The position numbers were made by a program, and so were the translations under genes. This document shows, in pieces, positions 39,697 to 49,930 of a DNA stretch of 64,000 bases. The DNA lies in assembly GCA_046861395.1 (NCBI GenBank), contig JBHHUC010000002.1, positions 39,762 to 103,761 of the forward strand. Reading direction: 5' to 3'. Source of the DNA: Fidelibacterota bacterium. GTDB taxonomy: Bacteria; Fidelibacterota; Marinisomatia; Marinisomatales; JABMOV01. Within the stretch, counting starts at the first letter, position 1. Each line of letters starts with the position of its first letter. A model generated the notes under the pieces. That model saw nothing but the letters and a program-made list of their open reading frames with translations. It searched no databases and was not told where the DNA came from.

Positions 39697-40080
39697 TCAG
39701 GTCGAAAAACTCGTACCGCAACCACAGGTTTTATCGGCATTGGGATTGATAATCTTGAAACCGCCGTTCAGCAAATCATCGGAATAGTCAATGGTACACC
39801 CTTTCAGCACCAACCAGCTTTTCAAGTCACAGAAAATCTGCAGGCCGTTGGACCACATGATTTTATCATCAGGACCGGCCTGATCCGAAAAAGACATGGT
39901 GTAATTCAGACCCGAACAGCCTCCGCTATCCACCCCGAATCGCAGGGCATAATTCTCTTTTCCTTCACTGACCATGGCAGCGCGGAAGCGCTTTACGGCC
40001 GCCGGTGTAACGGTAATTGTCATTTGATTGAACGCCTCCAGGTCGGAGGATGGTTCACGTTTTACTTCATTCCCACGCAT
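39697..40080 (-). CDS. A-type Fe-S carrier (HesB/IscA/SufA family)
   Basis: GGCSGLNY, NPNA..TCGCGTSF. Confidence 0.93.
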   Translation of the reverse strand: MRGNEVKREPSSDLEAFNQMTITVTPAAVKRFRAAMVSEGKENYALRFGVDSGGCSGLNYTMSFSDQAGPDDKIMWSNGLQIFCDLKSWLVLKGCTIDYSDDLLNGGFKIINPNADKTCGCGTSFST

Positions 40081-40429
40081 GATTCTCTTCCTTCTCCCCG
40101 TGATTTGTCGTTGCTCCCAGGCCCAATTGTTTCCGTGCTTCCGGACTCAACCGGGAAGGATCCCAGGGCGGATCGAATGTAATAAGAACATCCGCCGAAT
40201 GCACTTCGTCCAGTTTTTCCAGCCTGGTCTTCACATCCTGAGCCATGACCGACCCCAGGGAACAGCCCGGTGTCGTCAGACTCATGGTAACGGCCACATC
40301 CCAGGTTCGGGTCCCGGCCCGCGGTTGGATGTCAATGTCGTAGATCAAGCCCAGATTCCAGAGATCAATGGGTATTTCCGGGTCGTAGCAGGTTTTTAAC
40401 ACATCGATAACGGTTTCTCGCTTCATCAT
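40067..40429 (-). CDS. Short DUF59 (SufT/PaaD-like) metal-sulfur cluster assembly factor
   Basis: YDPEIPIDLWNLGLIY, MSLTTPGC, FDPPW. Confidence 0.9.
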   Translation of the reverse strand: MMKRETVIDVLKTCYDPEIPIDLWNLGLIYDIDIQPRAGTRTWDVAVTMSLTTPGCSLGSVMAQDVKTRLEKLDEVHSADVLITFDPPWDPSRLSPEARKQLGLGATTNHGEKEENHAWE

Positions 40430-40827
40430 GACTCCATTACATCTGCCACTGAAAGATTATTGAACATCGTACGAATGGAATCGTTGATTTTCACAATCGG
40501 CGACTTGATGTTGCACTGTGAAATCTGTCCGCAGCCGGAATCGAAAAAACAATCCATCAATCCCACCGGTCCTTCCAGAATTTCGAAAAAATGAGTCAGG
40601 TTTATCTGCGAAAGATCGGATTTCAGCCGGTACCCTCCCAACGGTCCCTGGAACGGTTCAATGATTCCTTCCCGGGCCATTTGCTGCAGGATCTTCGCCA
40701 AGAGCTGAGACGGAATGCCATAGGTGCCGGCGATCTCCTTCGTGCTGGATACGGCATCCGGTCCCTTGGACTGAATGTGCCGCAGGGCGATCAGAGCATA
40801 TTCCACTTTACGTGTTAATTTGAGCAT
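40426..40827 (-). CDS. Rrf2-family regulator of the suf operon (IscR-like Cx5Cx5C)
   Basis: EYALIAL, QGPLGGYRL, LEGP, CFFDSGCGQISQC. Confidence 0.92.
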   Translation of the reverse strand: MLKLTRKVEYALIALRHIQSKGPDAVSSTKEIAGTYGIPSQLLAKILQQMAREGIIEPFQGPLGGYRLKSDLSQINLTHFFEILEGPVGLMDCFFDSGCGQISQCNIKSPIVKINDSIRTMFNNLSVADVMES

Positions 40828-40912
40828 AATACGACTAATTTCATCGGATATAATTTAAGCATGAATCTCTATCATTTCGAAATAATTATAGGACATATTT
40901 AGTCCGGTTTAA
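40827..40912 (-). promoter_or_regulatory. Two IscR type-1-like operator sites
   Basis: Minus strand ATATCCGATGAAATTAGTCGTATTA (about 40827-40851, abutting the ATG) and AAACCGGACTAAATATGTCCTATAA (about 40886-40910) resemble ATASYYGACTRWWWYAGTCRRSTAT. Confidence 0.65.
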
Positions 40913-40948
40913 TTCTTACAATATGTGACGGTTACCCAGCCCTTAATG

Positions 40949-42634
40949 TTACTTCAATAAGGTGATTTTCCTGTATTCCGCACCGCCGGGCCAGGTCAAT
41001 TCAGCCAGATAGATGCCGGACGGGAGGGCGCTGGCTACCCATTCTATCCGCTCCTGTCCCCCGGAACCCTGGTAGATGGTCTGGACCAACGCACCGTTGA
41101 CGGAATAGATATTCAATGCGATATCGGCTCCGTCCAGACTTGAGATTTCGAAAATAATACTGGCATTGAAGGGATTGGGATAAGCTTTTCGGATGGCAAA
41201 TTGCCGCGGCAGGGTGGTTCCGGGATCGGTGTCCTGTGTCATGCCATACTGAATGGCATCCCACACCTGTACAATTCCATAACCGTAATCGTTGTCGGGA
41301 TCCGTGGCCCGGGTAGCGGTAGCCATGAGGGCAGACCGTACTTCCATGGGTGACCATTCCGGATGAGCGCTGAGAATAACCGCCGCGGCTCCCCCTACCA
41401 GCGGTGTAGCCAGGGAAGTTCCGTTGGCATCCGTAAAACCGTTACTGTGTGGCAGAACGCAATAGGTATTCACACCGCGGGCACAGACTTCCGGTTTGAT
41501 CCGACCGTCATAGGTCGGACCATGGGAACTGAAACCGGCCAGAGTGCCATAGCGATTCACGGCACCGACGGAAATCACCGAATCGGCATCGGCCGGAGCA
41601 ATCATATAATAGGTGATGGGATCATTGCAGGGATCGCTGGGAGGAGGATAATACCCTTCGTTGCCCATGGCCGTAACGCAGGTTACGCCCAGACTTGCGG
41701 CAATATCAATGGCAATGGTTGTCACGGCCGTGGCTCCGTCCAAGTCACAGTAGGTGTACCAGTCCAGATATCCCAGCGAGGTGGACACTACATCTGCCCC
41801 CCGTGTTTCGCCCCACTCCAGTCCGGCCACATAATTATCTTCCTCCAGCTGGATTTCCTGGGACACATCCTCCGTTTTGGCCAGTAGAAATTCGGCATCA
41901 TAAGCCGGACCGATTAAGGTATCCGGCCAATAGCCGGCCATGGTGGACAATACCATCGTTCCGTGACTGTCCTGGCCGAAGGCCGTTTCAGCTGATGTTT
42001 CATTGGCACAGACCGAATCATCGTTAATCACATCCCATTGAGCCACCAGGTTCAGGTGATTGAAGGCTTGGTGTTCCAGCCAGAACCCCGTATCCATGAC
42101 CAGAATTCTCACGCCCTGTCCGGCGTAACCCGAATCATGGGCGGTATTGACCTGAATCTGGGCAATCTGATCCCAGGAAAAGCCGTACCAGGATGTATCT
42201 GCCCGGGATCCGGTCGGTTCGGTCACGGTAACGGGATCAACCGCAGGCCGTGAATAGCGCAACACCGGTTTAATCTTTTTCACGAAGGGCAAAACAGCAA
42301 GATAAGCCACATCCGTTTCGCTGACCCAGGCGGAAAGGGCATTCAGCCAGCGGCTTTCGTGGATGATTTCAACGCCAAGTTTTTCAATTTCCTCCCGGTA
42401 ATGTTTACTCACGGGCCGGTCTTCCCAGCGGGACAGGCCCAGCGATGTTTTTGCCCGCCGTTCCAATGTTTTCCGGGATAATGGAACAGGGGTCTGGTCC
42501 GGTTTATCCGTCAAATAAATCCATACTCGGTATTGACCGTTTTCCCGCACCCCGGCGGAATAAAGATTGTCCGCCACCGATCCGCCGTAACCAAGGGATA
42601 GCATCAATGCTGTGAGTATTAAGAAATGTTTCAT
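40949..42634 (-). CDS. S8 (subtilisin-like) serine peptidase with T9SS sorting domain
   Basis: Catalytic DTG, HGT, GTSLATP; CTD AYPNPFN..SGIYL..RKITLLK. Confidence 0.93.
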   Translation of the reverse strand: MKHFLILTALMLSLGYGGSVADNLYSAGVRENGQYRVWIYLTDKPDQTPVPLSRKTLERRAKTSLGLSRWEDRPVSKHYREEIEKLGVEIIHESRWLNALSAWVSETDVAYLAVLPFVKKIKPVLRYSRPAVDPVTVTEPTGSRADTSWYGFSWDQIAQIQVNTAHDSGYAGQGVRILVMDTGFWLEHQAFNHLNLVAQWDVINDDSVCANETSAETAFGQDSHGTMVLSTMAGYWPDTLIGPAYDAEFLLAKTEDVSQEIQLEEDNYVAGLEWGETRGADVVSTSLGYLDWYTYCDLDGATAVTTIAIDIAASLGVTCVTAMGNEGYYPPPSDPCNDPITYYMIAPADADSVISVGAVNRYGTLAGFSSHGPTYDGRIKPEVCARGVNTYCVLPHSNGFTDANGTSLATPLVGGAAAVILSAHPEWSPMEVRSALMATATRATDPDNDYGYGIVQVWDAIQYGMTQDTDPGTTLPRQFAIRKAYPNPFNASIIFEISSLDGADIALNIYSVNGALVQTIYQGSGGQERIEWVASALPSGIYLAELTWPGGAEYRKITLLK

Positions 42635-42636
42635 TC

Positions 42637-44388
42637 CTACTCCATAATCATGTTAATCAGTAGTGTAAGGTCATCCGTCGTCAATATCGTATCTCCGTTG
42701 ACATCGCCCAGAAGGATTTCGGCCGTCCCCGGCGTGACCACTACGGCGACAATATCGGCCAGTCGGATGACATCGGTCACGGTCATAACCAGATCGGGGA
42801 CAATATCACCGGGAATGACCTGCGGCGGGCCGATGGGAAAAACAACCGTTTCCGTCCGGGGAAAACTGGCTGAATCCCGGACCGTAACTGTGAGTTCGGC
42901 GTTTTGTCCCGGCAGAGCCGCCAGGGGAATAAATAATTGCAGGACGGTCGCGGCGGTGTCCTGGGCATTGATTCGCGCCAAAGTATCCGGCAGATTCACC
43001 CCGGTTACATTGTTGTAGGCCAAGGAATAGGACAATTCCACCGGACCATTCGTCGGGAGTAAGCCACGATTCCTGATGTCCAGCGTAAGTGCGATAATCG
43101 CTCCGGCGCCCGGCACACCATGATTCAAATCAAAATCAATGACGGCCGGATCGCTGCCGGCCACGAAGGAGAATACCTGGTTCTGAAATAACTGATCCTG
43201 GCAGAGGGGCAATACGCGATTAGCCGAAGGCCAGAAATAATCCGAATAAGATCCCACTTCCGGCAGGAACGCCAATAATCCCAGAACACCGTAACTCCAG
43301 TCAATACCATCGCCATTCACACCGTAATTCAGTAATTCATTTCCGGTGCCCACCGGATAGCCGTTTTCCGCCGTCATCCAGGCCCCGGTGGCCAGATAGG
43401 TACTGTAATCCGGTTGCGGTGGATTTTCCCCATTGCCGAAGGGATGAATGAGAATGTTCCCGTAGGCATGATAGTGAAGAACATTCTGAAAATTCCGCGC
43501 TTCCATGAAAATCCGCAGCGAATCGGTCTCCGGTTCAGAAAACGGGGCCGTACCGCGATAGATCGGTGAACAGGGATTGGGGGATGAACCCTGATCATCG
43601 GCGCCCCAGTCATAATCATAATTACGGTTCAAATCCACGCCGCGCTGGGTTCCCGTGCCACAGCCCGTATCACGACGATTCTTACGATGATAGCCCGGTG
43701 ACCCGTACTGGAAGTAGAAATCCTCATTCCAGGCATAACCGTCAGGATTGAGAATGGGAACAAACCACATTTCCCGCTGATTCACCAGAAAAGTAGCCAC
43801 ATCGTCCTGATTATAGTTTTCGCAGAGCCATTGTACGTAATAGAACTGGTTCATCATGCCCAGGGGCTCCCGGGCGTGGGTCAGACCAGTAAACAGCACT
43901 TCCGGTTCGTCTTCGTCCGTGTCGGGGAAATCGGAAACTTTGAAAGCCCAGATTTTACGCCCTTCGATGGTTGTGCCAACCCGGACTTTGGCTGAGATGA
44001 TATCGGGATACTGTAGATGAAGACTGTCATAACGGGCCCAAGCTTCATCGTAGGTATAATTTCCCTGCAGGGATCCCAGGGGGAAGTCACGCTGGGTGGC
44101 CGGAATGCTTCGGGCGGCTGACCAGGTCCCCAGATCGGGGATTACGATTTCAATCGGTACCTGAAGGGTCTGCAGGGCTCTGACCTGATCCTGATCGGCA
44201 ATCATGTAGAGCGAATCGCCCCGCAGGAAGGCATCATCCAACGGGATACCCACCGAAATCAACCGGTTCAACATGACCCGGTCAGGGTATTTCAGTCGGA
44301 CCTGACTATAAAACTCAACCGGGATATTCTGCCCGAATATCCCGGTGAGAAATAAGAGACCAAGGCTGAGCAGTAAGCGTCGAATCAA
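42637..44388 (-). CDS. M14 zinc carboxypeptidase with C-terminal dockerin-like duplicated motif
   Basis: HARE, NPDG, RKNR, GVDLNRN, HAYG; tail PGDIVPDLVMTVTDV..LGDVNGDTILTTDDLTLL. Confidence 0.9.
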   Translation of the reverse strand: MIRRLLLSLGLLFLTGIFGQNIPVEFYSQVRLKYPDRVMLNRLISVGIPLDDAFLRGDSLYMIADQDQVRALQTLQVPIEIVIPDLGTWSAARSIPATQRDFPLGSLQGNYTYDEAWARYDSLHLQYPDIISAKVRVGTTIEGRKIWAFKVSDFPDTDEDEPEVLFTGLTHAREPLGMMNQFYYVQWLCENYNQDDVATFLVNQREMWFVPILNPDGYAWNEDFYFQYGSPGYHRKNRRDTGCGTGTQRGVDLNRNYDYDWGADDQGSSPNPCSPIYRGTAPFSEPETDSLRIFMEARNFQNVLHYHAYGNILIHPFGNGENPPQPDYSTYLATGAWMTAENGYPVGTGNELLNYGVNGDGIDWSYGVLGLLAFLPEVGSYSDYFWPSANRVLPLCQDQLFQNQVFSFVAGSDPAVIDFDLNHGVPGAGAIIALTLDIRNRGLLPTNGPVELSYSLAYNNVTGVNLPDTLARINAQDTAATVLQLFIPLAALPGQNAELTVTVRDSASFPRTETVVFPIGPPQVIPGDIVPDLVMTVTDVIRLADIVAVVVTPGTAEILLGDVNGDTILTTDDLTLLINMIME

Positions 44389-44399
44389 TCAGATCCTGC

Positions 44400-45668
44400 C
44401 TATTGTTGTGCGATCCATTCGGTGGTCACGGATTTCGGTCTGGTAATGGGAATTCCCAGCGCCCGGTTCACCACCATTTGCGACACCATGCCCATGGCAC
44501 GGGAAATGCTGAACAATACGGTATAGAAACTGAATTCCTTCAAGCCGTAATGATAGAGCAGGGATCCGGAAGCGGCATCCACATTCGGCCAGGGGTTTTT
44601 GGCTTTCCCCTGTTCTTTCAGGACCGGCGGAACGATTTTAAACAGTTTTTGCACGATGGTAAACACCGGATCATCCTTGATATGTTTACTGCCAAAATCC
44701 ATAAAGGCAGTAAAACGAGGATCGGGACACCGCAGAACGGCATGACCGTAGCCGGGAATGACACGTCCGCTGTTGAGACGATCCCAGGTGAACTGAGTCA
44801 ATTCATCATCGGAAGGTGCGCCCCCGAAATGATCCCGGATTTCCAGGACGAACTTGAGACATTCCTGATTTGCCAGACCATGCAACGGTCCCGCTAAGCC
44901 GTTCAGTCCTGCCGACACGGCATAATAAGGATCTGAGAGGGCTGACGCCACGGTCAGGGCACTGAACGCGCTCACATTGCCGCCTTCATGGTCGCAATGA
45001 AGCATGAGATATAAGCGCATGAGTTTTTTCAGCGTACCGTCGGGATCATCAATTCCCAGCATGTGGGCGAAATTTCCGCCCCAGTCCAGATTGGGATCCG
45101 GAGCAATGCGGTCACCCTTGTCAAAGCGCATACGATAAATTCCGGCCGCCAAACTGGGTAGTTTGGCCACCAGGCGAATTCCGTCCTCCAGAATGGCCTT
45201 CCAGTAATCCTGTTTTGCCAGACCTTCATCATATTGCTTCCGGAAAACTGATTCTCTTTCCATGGACAGAATGGCCGTATTGAACATGGCCATGGGATGG
45301 GAATCCTTCGGCATGGCTGCCATAATATCCCAAACATATTCCGGTACCTGGATATGTTCCGTTAACTGGCGTTGCAGATCCCGGAGGGCTTCCTCGTCGG
45401 GGAGATCGCCGATCAAGAGTAAATAGAATACTTCTTCGGGCAGAATGTGGGTAATCTCAAGCAAGGGATAACCGCGGATGATTAAACCAGTATCCGCTGA
45501 AACGGAAGAAGTATCACAGGTCAACCCCTTCACGCCGCGCATACCGCCATAGGCCTGGGCAACGGTAACAGAACTGATTTCCTTGCTTCCTTTTTCTTCC
45601 AGTATTTGTTTAACCGTATAACGCCAGTCTGGAATTTTGGTTTTTAACGATTTATTCAGCGTTGTCAC
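44400..45668 (-). CDS. gltA: Citrate (Si)-synthase, eukaryote-like type
   Basis: YGGMRG, DHEGGNVSA, GLNGLAGPLHGLANQE, PGYGHAVLR..DPR, NPWPNVDA, RPKS. Confidence 0.93.
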   Translation of the reverse strand: MTTLNKSLKTKIPDWRYTVKQILEEKGSKEISSVTVAQAYGGMRGVKGLTCDTSSVSADTGLIIRGYPLLEITHILPEEVFYLLLIGDLPDEEALRDLQRQLTEHIQVPEYVWDIMAAMPKDSHPMAMFNTAILSMERESVFRKQYDEGLAKQDYWKAILEDGIRLVAKLPSLAAGIYRMRFDKGDRIAPDPNLDWGGNFAHMLGIDDPDGTLKKLMRLYLMLHCDHEGGNVSAFSALTVASALSDPYYAVSAGLNGLAGPLHGLANQECLKFVLEIRDHFGGAPSDDELTQFTWDRLNSGRVIPGYGHAVLRCPDPRFTAFMDFGSKHIKDDPVFTIVQKLFKIVPPVLKEQGKAKNPWPNVDAASGSLLYHYGLKEFSFYTVLFSISRAMGMVSQMVVNRALGIPITRPKSVTTEWIAQQ

Positions 45669-45712
45669 GATATTCCCCTTATAGTTAGGACCATGATATT
45701 CTATGCCCTGGT

Positions 45713-47974
45713 TTACGATTTCGTATTAGTTTGTGCATCCAGTACAGTAATAGCGGTCATATTTACGATATCTTCGACCGTACTGGCTGCAAACTGTAGC
45801 AAATTTACTGGTTTTTCCAGGCCCATCAAAATAGGACCTATGGCCGTAGCGCTACCCAGTGACGCCAGGAGTTTGTAGGCAATATTTCCGGCATTCAAAT
45901 CGGGAAAGACAAGGATATTCGCCTCTTTCTGCAATGTGGAAAAGGGGTAATGGCTTCTGAGCATCTCCGTAGTCACCGCCACATCACCATGCATTTCTCC
46001 GTCAACGATCAAATCGGGATCCAGTTCCTTGATCCGGCGGGTGGCTTCTTTCATCTTGCGGGAGTGAGGATGATCGGCCGAACCGAAATTGCTGAAACTG
46101 AGGAGGGCGATGCGGGGAGTAACTCCGAATTTTCGCACCTCACGGGAAGCCAGCATGGCAATCTCCACAATATCTTCGCAGGTGGGATCGATATTGACCG
46201 TCACATCGGCCAGGAATTTTATCTTATTCTTGAACACCAGAATATACATTCCGGCAACCTTATTGATACCCTTCTGTTTATCCATGACCTGCAGGGCCGG
46301 CCGCAGAACATTGCGAAAATTCTGTGCAATACCCGAGACCAGTCCGTCAGCATCCCCGGTGTGGACCATCATTGCGCCGAAATAGTTGGGACGCTGCATG
46401 ATGAGTGATGCCCGGCGACGGGTCACGCCTTTCCGTTGCCGATGGGAATAGATCAATTGTTCATATTTCTTCAGGCGGGCATCCTTGGCGGGATTTATAA
46501 TTTCAATGCCCTTTAGATCGGTATGCAATTCTTTGGCCTTCTGCTTGATTAAGCGGGGTTTCCCCAACAGAATTGGACGGGCGATATTTTCACTGGCCAG
46601 CTGATGGCAGGCCCGGATGACCCGTTCCGACTCCCCTTCGGGAAAGACAATACGCTTGGGGTCCTTCTGTGCTTTGTTTATGATACCGCGCATCAATTCG
46701 CGTGATTTCCCCAGTCGTGCTTCCAGATAATCCCGATAGGCATCCACATCGTCGATTGTTTTCTGGGCTACACCTGTTTCCATCGCCGCCTGGGCTACCG
46801 CTGCAGCGACGTGGGTCAGGACGCGGGGATCCAATGGTTTGGGTATGATATAATCAGGACCAAAGGACAATCGTTCAATATTATAGCCCTTTGCCACTTC
46901 ATCGGGGACATCCATTTTGGCCAACTCGGCCAAGGCTCGGGTAGCGGCCATTTTCATTTCCGTATTGATTTTCGTGGCATGGACGTCCAGGGCACCCCGG
47001 AAAATGAAAGGAAATCCCAGTACATTATTTACCTGATTGGGAAAGTCGGAACGGCCGGTGGCCATAATGATATCACGCCGGACGGCAATTGCATCGTTAT
47101 AGGTAATCTCCGGATCAGGATTTGCCATGGCAATAACGATGGGATTTTCGGCCATGGATTTAATCATATTTTGCGTAACCAGACCACCGACAGACAAACC
47201 GATGAACACATCGGCTCCCGCCATGGCATCGTCAAGGGTCCGGGCCTCCGTATCTATGGCAAATTTTTCCTTATAGGAATTCATTCCCTTTTCCCGGCCC
47301 TTGTATATCACACCGACACGATCTACCATAGTGACATTTTCCGGTCGCAGGCCGAAACTGATATAATGCCGCACACAGGATTGGGCGGCAGCGCCGGCAC
47401 CACTGACAACAAGTCTGACATCCTCAATGTTCTTCCCGACCAGTTCCAGGGCATTGATCAGGGCGGCCGCAGAAATAATAGCCGTTCCGTGCTGATCATC
47501 ATGAAAAACGGGAATATTCATTTCTTCGACCAGGCGGCGTTCAATTTCAAAACATTCGGGCGCCTTGATATCTTCCAGGTTGATACCGCCGAAGGTAGGC
47601 TCCATGCGTTTGACCGTATCGATAAATTCCTGCGGATCGCTGACATTCAGCTCAATATCGAATACATCAATATCGGCAAACCGCTTAAACAGAACGCCCT
47701 TGCCTTCCATGACCGGCTTACCGGCCAGCGGACCAATATTTCCCAGCCCCAAAACGGCAGTCCCGTTGGTAACAACACCCACCAGGTTCCCCCGGGCCGT
47801 ATATTCATTGGCCATTTGCGGGTCCTTAGCTATTTCCCGACACGGTTCAGCAACTCCGGGTGTATAGGCCAGTGATAAATCCAGTTGTGAAATGGTTGAT
47901 TTGGTGGCGACCACTTCAATTTTCCCCGGTCTTCCCTGCCGGTGATAATCCAATGCCTGTTGTTTGGTAATCAT
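45713..47974 (-). CDS. maeB: NADP-dependent malic enzyme with phosphotransacetylase-like domain
   Basis: [37 protein letters not shown]-terminal [18 protein letters not shown]. Confidence 0.96.
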   Translation of the reverse strand: MITKQQALDYHRQGRPGKIEVVATKSTISQLDLSLAYTPGVAEPCREIAKDPQMANEYTARGNLVGVVTNGTAVLGLGNIGPLAGKPVMEGKGVLFKRFADIDVFDIELNVSDPQEFIDTVKRMEPTFGGINLEDIKAPECFEIERRLVEEMNIPVFHDDQHGTAIISAAALINALELVGKNIEDVRLVVSGAGAAAQSCVRHYISFGLRPENVTMVDRVGVIYKGREKGMNSYKEKFAIDTEARTLDDAMAGADVFIGLSVGGLVTQNMIKSMAENPIVIAMANPDPEITYNDAIAVRRDIIMATGRSDFPNQVNNVLGFPFIFRGALDVHATKINTEMKMAATRALAELAKMDVPDEVAKGYNIERLSFGPDYIIPKPLDPRVLTHVAAAVAQAAMETGVAQKTIDDVDAYRDYLEARLGKSRELMRGIINKAQKDPKRIVFPEGESERVIRACHQLASENIARPILLGKPRLIKQKAKELHTDLKGIEIINPAKDARLKKYEQLIYSHRQRKGVTRRRASLIMQRPNYFGAMMVHTGDADGLVSGIAQNFRNVLRPALQVMDKQKGINKVAGMYILVFKNKIKFLADVTVNIDPTCEDIVEIAMLASREVRKFGVTPRIALLSFSNFGSADHPHSRKMKEATRRIKELDPDLIVDGEMHGDVAVTTEMLRSHYPFSTLQKEANILVFPDLNAGNIAYKLLASLGSATAIGPILMGLEKPVNLLQFAASTVEDIVNMTAITVLDAQTNTKS

Positions 47975-48099
47975 GTTAAATCCTTCGTTTTTACAGCGGC
48001 TAATTTACCAGTTTTTTCTGCCCTGAATCGAGTAAATCAGGATTAATTTATCTTGTTTAATCATCTTTTTCGGAATCGTGAACCTCTGTATTTTTCCCC

Positions 48100-48750
48100 A
48101 TGCCTCTTCCTTCCCATATTCGTCACGCCTGGCGTTCCCAGCGGGTACCGCTGGCACTGGCTTTGGTGCTGGTCCTGCTCCTGATTCTTTCACCGGAAGA
48201 AAAAACCATTGGCTGGATCATTAAACTGGTCTATGTTCATGTTGCTCTCATCTGGGTCGGAACAACCGGTTATGCCTTATTATTCATTGTCACGGTGTTG
48301 TCCCTGTTTTCTTCCCGCCGCGATTGTACCTACGATCTCAGGATAATTCATGGACTGACATTCGGAATCTATGCCATGGGTGTCTTGCTCAGCATGGCGG
48401 CGGCTACGGCAGCCTGGGGATCCGTCAGCTGGACCGAACCGTTAATGCAGATTTCCCTGACAACGTTGGCCCTGTCCTTAACCTCCTGTTTTCTTCAGTG
48501 GGGACTGAATCACCGGTTCACATTCCTTGTAAATGTATTCCCCGGATTATATCTGTTCTGGGCCACCGCCGCCAATCGTTACGTCCTCCATCCCAATCAT
48601 CCCATCACGGAGGGAACACCTCTCACCATGAAACTGACGTTTTACTGTTCCGCTATCATTTTCCTGGTATCGGCAATCTGGATCTGGCATCGTTTCCGGC
48701 CCGAATCCGATCCTCCCGGTCAGAATCGCCGGAACAGAAATCCGGAATAA
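48100..48750 (+). CDS. Membrane protein distantly resembling CcmC/CcsA cytochrome c assembly proteins
   Basis: SPEEKTIG..YVHVALIW, AWGSVSWTEP (degenerate WWD motif), VLHP. Confidence 0.55.
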   Translation: MPLPSHIRHAWRSQRVPLALALVLVLLLILSPEEKTIGWIIKLVYVHVALIWVGTTGYALLFIVTVLSLFSSRRDCTYDLRIIHGLTFGIYAMGVLLSMAAATAAWGSVSWTEPLMQISLTTLALSLTSCFLQWGLNHRFTFLVNVFPGLYLFWATAANRYVLHPNHPITEGTPLTMKLTFYCSAIIFLVSAIWIWHRFRPESDPPGQNRRNRNPE

Positions 48751-49925
48751 ACTTTCGGAAAAAAGTACGTCGATTTCTGCGGCATCGTCCGTCGTCGTCC
48801 TGCCATTTCAAACACTTGTGATAAGGAAGGTGGCCGGATCAGTCCCAACCATGTAAAATCGCCCTGACGAATGAAATCCATCGGATCGGATGTTCCGCGC
48901 AAATATGAGATATGGGCCAATCCCTCCGGTGTTGTCGTATCCAACTGAAACCCTTGGGGCAATACGGTGTGATGAAATATCGTCACATCAAGATCATCTG
49001 AGGATGACTTGGGCGTTAACACCCAAGCCTGTTGGCTGGGGCCGTACACTAACCCAACTCTGGTGGCATCGTGCTTTAAAAACGCAGTCGCTTCCGAAAT
49101 GTCCGATACAGGTTCCACCGGCATGACGGTGCGCAATCGTTCAATTACAATTTGAGGTGCCAGATCGGAATTGATAATTCTATGGGTCGGCAACACCTGC
49201 ATCCCCGGATCATTGGCATTCACCAGAGTAACCATAACCCGGTCACTTCCCTTAATATCAGGATGCTCTCTGAAATACCGTAAGGCCGTCTGGTACCGGT
49301 GATGTCCGTCGGCGATGATGGCCGGGGTCCGACCCAGAACGGTCTGGAGATGATGGATGTTGGATGCGGAACGAATCGCCCAGACCCTATACCGGACGTC
49401 GTCAAGGGTAAAATCCATTTCCGGGGGCTCGGAACGGCAGGCGGCATGCAAGGTTTCCACGGCCCGACTATCATCCTGATAACTCATGAAAATCTGTCCC
49501 GTGTTGGCGCGGGTTGCCGTCATGAGCCGGAAACGATCCGTTACATGCTTGGGAATGGTTTCTTCGTGAGGCAGGATTCCTGTCCCCATGGGTTCCAGCG
49601 CAATTTCACACACGATTCCGGTACGACGATAGGTTTGATCCTGAATATCAAATGTTTGTTCCAGAATATAAATGGCAGGATGTTCATCCCAGTTCAGGAT
49701 ATTTTCATCAATCCAGCGGTCCAGATACGCAGCGGCCCGGTGATATTTTTCCGCTTCCGGTCCGTCGGGAAGGATGATGTGAGCAAAATGGTAGGGTGAG
49801 CGTTTCCCCAGCTTTTCCCGGTCGGAGGCTGAAACAACATCATAGGGCGGTGATACAACGGTGGCCAGATCCGTAATACGCCGGGGATTGTAACGCCAGG
49901 CGGAAAAAGGATAAATGGCGGGCAT
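48720..49925 (-). CDS. DUF1015-family protein
   Basis: PPYDV, ILPHEET, IADGHHRY, LPTHR, MPQKSTYFFPK. Confidence 0.92.
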   Translation of the reverse strand: MPAIYPFSAWRYNPRRITDLATVVSPPYDVVSASDREKLGKRSPYHFAHIILPDGPEAEKYHRAAAYLDRWIDENILNWDEHPAIYILEQTFDIQDQTYRRTGIVCEIALEPMGTGILPHEETIPKHVTDRFRLMTATRANTGQIFMSYQDDSRAVETLHAACRSEPPEMDFTLDDVRYRVWAIRSASNIHHLQTVLGRTPAIIADGHHRYQTALRYFREHPDIKGSDRVMVTLVNANDPGMQVLPTHRIINSDLAPQIVIERLRTVMPVEPVSDISEATAFLKHDATRVGLVYGPSQQAWVLTPKSSSDDLDVTIFHHTVLPQGFQLDTTTPEGLAHISYLRGTSDPMDFIRQGDFTWLGLIRPPSLSQVFEMAGRRRTMPQKSTYFFPKVYSGFLFRRF

Positions 49926-49930
49926 GAATC

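Noticed and set aside
46811..47875. 354-aa antisense ORF (likewise 14434-15306, 25855-26634, 39406-40182)
   Set aside because: Antisense to well-conserved genes; long reverse-frame ORFs are expected from codon bias
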